A stretch of DNA of 64,000 nucleotides, taken from contig OY759746.1 of assembly GCA_963662795.1 (NCBI GenBank), positions 160,001 to 224,000 on the forward strand. Reading direction: 5' to 3'. The position numbers and the translations under genes are program-made. Source of the stretch: Spirochaetia bacterium. GTDB taxonomy: Bacteria > Spirochaetota > Spirochaetia > CADAEX01. Numbering within the stretch: the stretch's first letter is position 1; every line of letters begins with the position of its first letter. Shown one piece after another: positions 56,399-64,000 of the stretch. The notes under the pieces are model-generated. The model worked only from the letters and a program-made list of their open reading frames with translations, made no database searches and was not told where the DNA came from.

Positions 56399-57673
56399 AT
56401 GGAATTTGTTTTATTGGGTAGTTTTCTTTTTCTGACATTAATAGGAGTTCCGGTAGCTTACTCCCTGTGCCTTTCAGTATCGATTATTCTGTTCAGCTAT
56501 CTCCAGATGCCTCAGGTTCTGATTACACAGATAATGTATTCAGGAATAGATTCTTTTTCATTTATGGCAGTTCCATTCTTTATGCTTGCAGGAGCATTTA
56601 TGACTGCAGGGGGAGTAACAAAAAGGCTTGTTAATTTTGCATCATCCATTGTCGGTTCCCTTACCGGAGGACTTGCACAGGTTGTTGCAGTCTCAGGCAT
56701 GTTTTTTGCAGCTATTTCAGGTTCATCTGCTGCTACAACCGCCGCAATCGGCTCAACCATGATTAATGAAATGGAAAAAAAAGGTTATGACAGGGATTTC
56801 GCAACCGGAGTAGTTGCTGCAGGAGGTACAGTAGGGATAGTAATACCTCCGTCAATTACTCTTGTTGTTTACGGTGTTATCGCAGGAGTATCCATAGGCG
56901 AACTGTTTATCGGAGGATTCGCACCCGGCATAATCATGGGTATTTCCATGTGTATAGTCAGTTTTCTGATTTCACGAAAGAAAGGATGGAAGGGCGTAGG
57001 AACATTTTCAGTAAAAAAAATGATAATATCATTTAAAGATTCTTTTTTTGCGCTGATAACTCCTGTGATAATTATCGGCGGTATTTACGGCGGGATATTT
57101 ACACCAACAGAAGCCGCTGCAGTTGCAGCAGTTTACGGTATCTTTGTCGGATTATTTATTTACAGGGAACTTAAAATAAAGGATTTTCCCAAAATAATAT
57201 TTCAGGCAGTTACAGGAACAACTCTTATAATGTTTATAGTCGGGGCTTCGAATGTATTTGGATGGATGCTGACAAATCTTGAAATACCGCACAGACTTGG
57301 ATTATATATAATATCAGTTACAAGTTCACCGGTAGTTTTTTTAATGATTATGAATGTCCTTCTGCTGATCATCGGAACACTTGTAAACGCATCAGCCGCT
57401 GTTGTAATATTAACACCGATTTTCCTTCCTGTGGCATTACAGCTGGGAATAGATCCGTTATTTTTTGGTGTTCTCATGGTTGTCAATCTTGCAATAGGCT
57501 GTATTACACCGCCTGTCGGTCTTGATCTTTTTGTGGCAAGCGCTATAGCAGAAGTCCCGCTTGAAAGAGTGATTAAAGCGTCATTGCCTTTTCTGGCAGT
57601 ACTATTGCTTGATTTATTGATACTAACCTTTTTTCCATCTATTATCACATTTCTTCCTGATATGATAAGATGA
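56399..57673 (+). CDS. dctM: TRAP transporter large permease
   Basis: AVPFFMLAG, SGSSAA, IPPS, FTPTEAA, ITPPVG. Confidence 0.94.
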   Translation: MEFVLLGSFLFLTLIGVPVAYSLCLSVSIILFSYLQMPQVLITQIMYSGIDSFSFMAVPFFMLAGAFMTAGGVTKRLVNFASSIVGSLTGGLAQVVAVSGMFFAAISGSSAATTAAIGSTMINEMEKKGYDRDFATGVVAAGGTVGIVIPPSITLVVYGVIAGVSIGELFIGGFAPGIIMGISMCIVSFLISRKKGWKGVGTFSVKKMIISFKDSFFALITPVIIIGGIYGGIFTPTEAAAVAAVYGIFVGLFIYRELKIKDFPKIIFQAVTGTTLIMFIVGASNVFGWMLTNLEIPHRLGLYIISVTSSPVVFLMIMNVLLLIIGTLVNASAAVVILTPIFLPVALQLGIDPLFFGVLMVVNLAIGCITPPVGLDLFVASAIAEVPLERVIKASLPFLAVLLLDLLILTFFPSIITFLPDMIR

Positions 57674-57709
57674 TGATAATTTTTCCGGAATTTTTAGGAG
57701 AATGTAATA

Positions 57710-59173
57710 ATGAGTAAAAAAATTAATCTTAACCTGGATAATCTGAGCGAACTTTTTACAGCGCATTACGACGGAGATCAGGCTAAAACAGCTGCAGCTA
57801 AAACTGTTTTTTTAAAACAGCTTTCGTTCAAGGCGCATAAGTATTACGGAGGGAAAATGCAAACCCTTCCGAAGGCCGGTGTTTTCGGCTTCAACTGGTT
57901 CAACGTCTGGTATACTCCCGGTGTTTCGGCTATTTCAACAGCAATACGGGATGATAATTTAATGTCTTATGATTTATCAAACCGCGCGAACCATGTTGCC
58001 GTAGTCAGCGATTCAACACGAGTGCTGGGAGACGGGGACTGTACTCCACCGGGCGGGCTTGGGGTAATGGAAGGTAAATCCTTTTTGATGAAATACCTCG
58101 GCGGCATTGATGCAACTGCAATCTGTATGGACAGCAGAAATAAAAAAGGGGAGCATGACCCTGATAAAATTATTGATTTTGTCAAAATGCTGCAGCCTTC
58201 ATTCGGAGCAATCAATCTTGAGGACATATCTCAGCCCAACTGTTACAAAGTACTCGACACCCTGAGGGAGGAATGCGATATACCGGTTTGGCACGATGAC
58301 GCACAGGGGACTGCATCAGTAACCCTTGCAGGGCTAATCAATGCCCTTAAAATTGCAGATAAAGAATTAAATGCAGTAAAGATTGTAATGCTCGGAGCGG
58401 GAGCGGCCAATGCAACAATTGCCAGAATAATAATTGAGGCAGGCGGCGATCCTGAGAAGATGGTAATTTTTGACACAAAAGGATCTCTCAATAAAAAAAG
58501 GGACGACATAAAATTCGACAGGAGATTCTACAGAAAATGGGAGTTATGCCTGTCTACAGACCAGGGTGATTATTCCGGCATTGAAGAAGCGGTCAAAGGC
58601 GCTGATGTGCTTATTGCGCTTTCCAAACCAGGACCAGACACAGTGAAACCGGAATGGATAGCGTCAATGGCTCAAAAGGCTATTGTCTTTGCCTGCGCAA
58701 ATCCTGTACCTGAAATTTATCCCTATGCCGCAAAAAAAGCCGGAGCATATATTGTTGCTACAGGACGGGGAGATTTTCCCAACCAGGTAAACAACTCCGT
58801 AGGATTTCCCGGCATCCTGAAAGGCGCGCTTCTTGTAAGAGCAAGAAAAATATCCGACGGCATGGCAATTGCCGCGGCAAGAGCTCTTGCCGGATTTGCG
58901 GAAAAGCGGGGAATAAACCCCGACAATATTATCGCAACAATGGAAGAACCAGGCGTATTTCCCTATGAAGCCGCCGAGGTTGCAATGCAGGCTGTAAAGG
59001 AAGGACTTTCGCGGATAGACATGACGCATGATGAGGTTTACAGGCAGGCAGAAGAAGATATAAAGTATTCCAGAAACATAACAGATATGATGTTAACGAA
59101 TAATTATATTAAAAGCCCTCCACAGGAGATGCTTCAGGAAATATATAACTGGACAATAAGCCGGATTAACTGA
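57710..59173 (+). CDS. NAD(P)-dependent malic enzyme
   Basis: YTPGV, VMEGK, INLEDI, HDDAQGT, GAGAA, ANPVPEI, TGRGDFPNQVNN. Confidence 0.93.
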   Translation: MSKKINLNLDNLSELFTAHYDGDQAKTAAAKTVFLKQLSFKAHKYYGGKMQTLPKAGVFGFNWFNVWYTPGVSAISTAIRDDNLMSYDLSNRANHVAVVSDSTRVLGDGDCTPPGGLGVMEGKSFLMKYLGGIDATAICMDSRNKKGEHDPDKIIDFVKMLQPSFGAINLEDISQPNCYKVLDTLREECDIPVWHDDAQGTASVTLAGLINALKIADKELNAVKIVMLGAGAANATIARIIIEAGGDPEKMVIFDTKGSLNKKRDDIKFDRRFYRKWELCLSTDQGDYSGIEEAVKGADVLIALSKPGPDTVKPEWIASMAQKAIVFACANPVPEIYPYAAKKAGAYIVATGRGDFPNQVNNSVGFPGILKGALLVRARKISDGMAIAAARALAGFAEKRGINPDNIIATMEEPGVFPYEAAEVAMQAVKEGLSRIDMTHDEVYRQAEEDIKYSRNITDMMLTNNYIKSPPQEMLQEIYNWTISRIN

Positions 59174-59209
59174 TAAGCTGCGGCGTCCCTGACTATAATG
59201 AAAAAAGCT

Positions 59210-59890
59210 CTAAAGCTTTTTTGTGTAAATGATTACGGGACGTCCTGCTTTTTTATGCTCATACGTTTTTTTTAATAAACCTGATTCACTCATATATTCA
59301 AGATACCGCCTTACTGTAATTTTCGACAGATTCATTTTCTGGATCACCTCTTCTATAGTAAAAGATGTAAAGCACGATGAAACAGCTTCCTCAACCTTTT
59401 CAAGAGTAAACATCGTAATGCCCTTTGGCGTCTTTGCGGCCCCTGACGCTGCAGAGTTATGCGATATTATTCTATTTATCTTATCCTGATCATATTCGCC
59501 TGAATTGGAAATAGTTAACCGGTATTTTTTGTAATTCTCAAGAGCGTCCTTGAAACGGCTGAAGGCAAAAGGTTTAATAATATAATCGAACACTCCATAT
59601 CTCATTGAATTTTCAATAGTAGATGCATCATGAGCAGCTGTGATAAGTATGAAATCAACAGGATATTCATAGTTTCTGATTTTTTTAATAAGTTCCATTC
59701 CATTAAGATCAGGAAGATAAATATCAACAATTATCAGATCCGGCAGTTCATTTTCTAAAAAGGATAAAGCTTCAGAGGCAGTTTTGGCAATTTTAACAAC
59801 TTTATACCCATCGACATCTTCTGTCACGCTTTTATTGATGTCTGCAACCCTGAAATCATCCTCGACTATCATGACTTTAAAACTTTCCAT
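59210..59890 (-). CDS. CitB/DcuR/MalR family response regulator
   Basis: VEDD, DIYLPD, ITAA, YIIKPF, PKGI..TL, TVRRYLEY, GRP. Confidence 0.93.
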   Translation of the reverse strand: MESFKVMIVEDDFRVADINKSVTEDVDGYKVVKIAKTASEALSFLENELPDLIIVDIYLPDLNGMELIKKIRNYEYPVDFILITAAHDASTIENSMRYGVFDYIIKPFAFSRFKDALENYKKYRLTISNSGEYDQDKINRIISHNSAASGAAKTPKGITMFTLEKVEEAVSSCFTSFTIEEVIQKMNLSKITVRRYLEYMSESGLLKKTYEHKKAGRPVIIYTKKL

Positions 59891-59901
59891 AAGCTATGGC
59901 C

Positions 59902-61488
59902 TCATAATATATTTTTTTTGGGAATTCTGATAATAAATTCAATTTTGGCGCCTGTTACTATTTCAACAGTTCCATTAAGTAATTCTACCTGCTCCTTTAC
60001 AACAAACAAGCCGATCCCTCTTTCCAATGATGATTTTTTGGATGAAAAACCTAATTCAAATATTTTTTCTTTCAATTCACGTGGAATTCCGGGGCCGTTA
60101 TCGGCAATACTGATTTCAATACTATCATCTTTATCAATGAACAGTATTTTTATTTGTTTATTGGCCTCTTTTGACTTATTAAGTGACTCTATGGAATTTT
60201 CAAGGATGTTGCCGATTATCGAAACAAGTGAAACCGAAGCTTTTTTATTGACTTTAGGCATAAAGCTTTTCGGATTTATCAAAATCTCAATATGCTGTTC
60301 ATTCGCCTTGTTTATCTTTGCTATTAACAATCCGGATATTGACGGAGTCAAGACCCTTTTTCTCAGCAAGTCAGATATATTCTGCTGATCAGAAACAGTG
60401 TTTACAATAAATTCATTCACTTCACTGTATCTCTTAAGCTGTATCAAACCTGATATAACATTCAATCTGTTCAGATACTCATGGTGCTGCGCGCGCAGGG
60501 CATCACTGTAGGTTTTAACCTCATTGAGTTTATCTGTAAGATCGCGTATTTCGCTTATATCAATAAGAGTTCCCATGGCCCCAATAAGAAGACCGTTATG
60601 AACAAGAGGTACGTTATTTACCAGTATCTGCCTTCCGTTAATTAAATGTTCCTGATTAAGTATTTCACTTTTTGTTTCAATAACAAGAGGAAGTTTGGTG
60701 TCCGGGAAATATTCTGATATAAATGCTTCTGGCTGGATATCTTTTCTCCCGATAATTTTTTTTGCATTATTATTTATAAGGATAATCCTTGCTTCCCTGT
60801 CTACCGCTATTATCCCCTCTTTTATTGATGAAATAATTGCATCTCTCTCTTCAAGAAGAGCAGCTATCTGATAGGGTTCGAGGCCAAAAATGGTTTTTTT
60901 AATATTTCCCGCAAGGAGCACTCCTCCTCCAAGGCCTATTGAGATACTGATAAGTGCTGTAATAAAAAGTATTTTCCGAATCAGCACATTTTTTTCTTCC
61001 AGTTCCGTTAAAAGAAGACCAACTGAAACAACACCTATCTGGATATTATTATTATTGTAAATTGGTACAAATGCCCTTTGAGACAGGCCGAGAGTTCCTT
61101 TTGCTTCAGAAACATATGTCCTGCCGCTTAAAGCCTCTTTCTCATCCCCGCCAACAAATTTTTTGCCGATATTATTTATATTGGGATGGGAATACCTAAG
61201 AGAATCCATATTAATAACAACTACAAAACTTGTTTCTGTTATTTCCCTTATTTTCTCTGCAACCGGCTGAATTACCGATGAAGGATCAGACAGCGTAAAA
61301 GCATCTTTGATCCGGCTGTCGTTTGCTGTCAGTCTTGCAATATATAAAACTTTTTCAGCGCCGGATTTTATAATATAATTTCTAAAATACCTGTCTTCAA
61401 GAAATGTCTTGACACTGACAGATATAAACAATATTACAATAATGAGAATGAATATTCTTAATTGCAGGGATATTCTGTTTATTTTCAC
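59902..61488 (-). CDS. CitA/DcuS/MalK family sensor histidine kinase
   Basis: RYSHP..GKKFVGGDE..GTLG sensor, PAS, LRAQHHEYLNRL, GNILENS, DNGPGI, GFSSK, GIGL. Confidence 0.93.
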   Translation of the reverse strand: MKINRISLQLRIFILIIVILFISVSVKTFLEDRYFRNYIIKSGAEKVLYIARLTANDSRIKDAFTLSDPSSVIQPVAEKIREITETSFVVVINMDSLRYSHPNINNIGKKFVGGDEKEALSGRTYVSEAKGTLGLSQRAFVPIYNNNNIQIGVVSVGLLLTELEEKNVLIRKILFITALISISIGLGGGVLLAGNIKKTIFGLEPYQIAALLEERDAIISSIKEGIIAVDREARIILINNNAKKIIGRKDIQPEAFISEYFPDTKLPLVIETKSEILNQEHLINGRQILVNNVPLVHNGLLIGAMGTLIDISEIRDLTDKLNEVKTYSDALRAQHHEYLNRLNVISGLIQLKRYSEVNEFIVNTVSDQQNISDLLRKRVLTPSISGLLIAKINKANEQHIEILINPKSFMPKVNKKASVSLVSIIGNILENSIESLNKSKEANKQIKILFIDKDDSIEISIADNGPGIPRELKEKIFELGFSSKKSSLERGIGLFVVKEQVELLNGTVEIVTGAKIEFIIRIPKKNIL

Positions 61489-61692
61489 ACCGAAAAAATG
61501 ATAGGAGCTTTAACACTTACAGTCAAGATTATTTACAGGTATTACTCTTTTGATAAAAAAAGGAGAGCATTTAAGGTTTGTGCTTAAATCAATCAGTAAG
61601 CGTGAAGCTGAATACCTGTTACCGGTGCAAAAGAGACATACTAAAATGCATGCTTGACCTGCGGTATATCCACGCATACAATTAATTTAATC

Positions 61693-63278
61693 ATGAAAAA
61701 TCAAGTCCTTACCTTTTCCCGGATCATAACTGTCAGGCAAAGAGTGCTTATATATTCAATTTCTCTCATCAGCACGCTTTTCCTTACTTTTTATGCTCAG
61801 CTTGTATGTCCCTTTCTTGAATCGCGTCCCTTTCTTGAGCAGTTCAGAAATCTCCTCCTGGTATTTATTTTCCAGATAATATTGAGGGAAATATTATTTC
61901 ACAATGTTAGCGCAAATCTGGAAGTATCAGCAATTTCCGGCCGGTTTTTCCGGCTGCTGATAATATCCTGGATTGCGTCGGGACTTGCCGCGATGGGGCT
62001 CCATGAAGTCCTTTACCATAACTACAATCCGGATTCCTTATTCCAGACTTTTCCATGGCCAAGCGATGTCCCGTGGCATAGTCAGCTGAAACTTATAAGC
62101 GGTTACTGGTTCCCCGGAGCAGGGCTTCTTTCACAGCTTGAACTGACAATTGCCGAGAAATTTATCAGCAGTTATGTCAAAAAAAACCACACTGTTTTTT
62201 CTGATTTCTCGGAACATATTCCGCTTAGAATCACATGGGGAAACTTCTTTTATACCTTTGTGCCGTCCATATCACTGCTTATAATAATTATAAGGTATGC
62301 ATTTCAGGAGCATATTATTCCGTGGGGCGTTACCCTTGAGGTTGCCTATATCGGTATAATATTTATCGGGACGGCAATTGCTGCCGCGGTCCTTTATGGG
62401 AAAATGCTCAGAGAAGATACTCTGCAGCTGATAGACGCAATTGAGAAAATCGGGAAAGGCGGTTTTTCCGTTCACATCTGGCCTTCCAGACAGGACGAAC
62501 TCGGCCGGGGTACAGGCGGAATTAATGAAATGGCAAAAGGACTTATGCTGAGGGAAAGGATAAAGGAATCTTTCGGCCATTTTGTCTCACCGGAAATTGC
62601 AAAAAAAAATTATGGAGCAGTATACAAACAAAGGGCAAGGACATGAGGGGCCACGGCGAGAGAAAAATGGTTGTTGTTCTGATATGCGACATCAGGAATT
62701 TCTCAGGTATTACAAATAAAATGAACCCTTCCGATGTCGCTGTTATGCTTAATAACTATTTTGACCACATGGTGAAGCCAATACAGAAAAACGGTGGAAT
62801 TGTTGATAAATTTACAGGAGATGCCGTGATGGCGGTTTTCGGCCTGATGGATAATAAAAGCAATCCGTGTCTACAGGCAGTCAACGCCGCGATTGATATG
62901 CGGAAAGCCCTGTATATATCAAATGATAACAGCCTCCTTATGCAGTGCCCGTCTCTTGATAACGGCATAGGTATTCATTACGGAGAGATTATAGCATCAT
63001 ACATGGGGAGCTCTGAAAGGCTTGAGCTTACGATAATCGGCACGACCGTAGACACGGCGGCAAGGCTTGAGTCAAAAGCAGGAAAACTGGATCCTCCGAT
63101 TATTATCAGCAGACCTGTAGCGCTGGCCGTTAAAAACGAATTCGGAGTTGAAAGTCTCGGCGAGGAAGAGCTTAAAGGGGTTGGAAAGCAGATGCTTTAT
63201 ACTGTAAAAACAAGAAAAATAAAAAAGCCTGACAATCAGGGGGTTGCATCGGTAAATGATAAATACACTGTTTTATAA
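61693..63278 (+). pseudogene. Membrane HAMP + class III adenylate/guanylate cyclase split by a frameshift (ORFs 61693-62646 and 62643-63278)
   Basis: ORF1 ends HAMP-RERIKESFGHFVSPEIA just before an A9 run (62601-62609); ORF2 holds CDIRNF, DKFTGDAVM, GIGIHYG, AARLE; adding one A fuses them. Confidence 0.75.
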
Positions 63279-63837
63279 TATTTTCATGATACCTTTCGAG
63301 AAATTCGCAGGACTTGACAGGTGCAGAAAAGCACTCATACCCCTTGCATCAGGGAGCGTGCTTGAGGCGGGGCCGGGAACAGGCGCAAACGCCAAATACT
63401 ACAACTGGGATGCAGTCGACAATCTGATACTCGCGGCTCCTGAAGCGGATACTCAGGGGCTGCCGGAAAAAATATACAGAAAGGGATGCGTTAAATATGT
63501 GGAAGCTGATGTGCAGGAACTCCCTTTTGAAAACGACACGTTTGACACAGTAGTCGCCACCCTCCTCTTCTGCTCGGTACCTGACCCTGATAAAGGGCTT
63601 TCTGAACTCAGAAGGGTATTAAAAACAGGGGGGAAATATATATTCCTCGAACACGTAAAACCGGCAAAATCCGCTGCTGCCAATTTTGCTGCAATGGCCA
63701 CCCCCTGCTGGAAAAGGATTGCAGGAGGTTGCCATCTTGACAGGGATACCGGGGCAGCAATAATAAAGGCAGGTTTCAAAGTAATTACTCCCTGCCTCTA
63801 CTCTAAAGGTGTCTTTATAGGGGGAGCTGCCCAATAG
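63256..63837 (+). CDS. Class I SAM-dependent methyltransferase (Methyltransf_11-like)
   Basis: VLEAGPGTG, LPFENDTFD, LFCSVPD, RRVLKTGG, FLEHV, GGCHLDR. Confidence 0.9.
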   Translation: MINTLFYNIFMIPFEKFAGLDRCRKALIPLASGSVLEAGPGTGANAKYYNWDAVDNLILAAPEADTQGLPEKIYRKGCVKYVEADVQELPFENDTFDTVVATLLFCSVPDPDKGLSELRRVLKTGGKYIFLEHVKPAKSAAANFAAMATPCWKRIAGGCHLDRDTGAAIIKAGFKVITPCLYSKGVFIGGAAQ

Positions 63838-63859
63838 CATAGCACCCCGTGGGAATCAT

Positions 63860-64000
63860 TTATTTGAAAAGATGGGCAAATTCCCCGTATCCTTCCTTCT
63901 CAAGAGATTCTGCAGGAATAAAACGCAAGGCTGCTGAGTTAATACAGTACCTGAGTCCTGTCGGCTGAGGCCCGTCGTTAAACACATGCCCCAGATGGGA
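63860..64000 (-). CDS. msrB: C-terminus of a second MsrB domain (gene starts beyond the window)
   Basis: Hand-translated [46 protein letters not shown]; not in ORF track. Confidence 0.9.
   Translation of the reverse strand, partial: SHLGHVFNDGPQPTGLRYCINSAALRFIPAESLEKEGYGEFAHLFK

Noticed and set aside
1-64000. Numerous short antisense/overlapping ORFs in the track; rRNA, tRNA and IS elements
   Set aside because: The ORFs shadow well-supported genes and lack motifs; no RNA-gene or transposase signatures were seen by eye

Overview
A 64-kb, AT-rich (roughly 40% GC by eye) bacterial chromosomal segment, most likely from a Spirochaetota member. The evidence is a TmpB-like LysM protein behind a lipoprotein, and 'AGGxxE/D'-type N-termini on solute-binding proteins. 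It is mostly metabolic: nadCAB, glpK plus a glpA-like trio, nqrBCDEF-like genes without nqrA, znuACB-zur, a TRAP/malic-enzyme/two-component locus, two msrB copies, cyclic-nucleotide signalling genes and a vapBC-type pair. I saw no rRNA, tRNA, CRISPR array or transposase. The best candidate for an undescribed system is the minus-strand operon at 6715-3170. It runs: arsenite-methyltransferase (ArsM)-like gene, an unannotated 31-aa three-Cys peptide (MKSLIRSGKNAAKATAQCCAKVSVIVAGCHD), a terminator hairpin, a radical SAM/SPASM maturase, and a thioredoxin-thioredoxin reductase fusion. This reads as a putative RiPP pathway linked to arsenic/metalloid methylation. Other notable items are a tandem kinase-like/pseudokinase-like protein, an NDH-2/DoxX fusion with three repeated flavinylation-like motifs next to a polyprenyl synthase, a ThDP-enzyme/SRPBCC/KAS-III mini-cluster, a GNAT-histidine kinase fusion, and an adenylate cyclase split at an A9 run. 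All family calls come from motif recognition by eye; no database searches were run.
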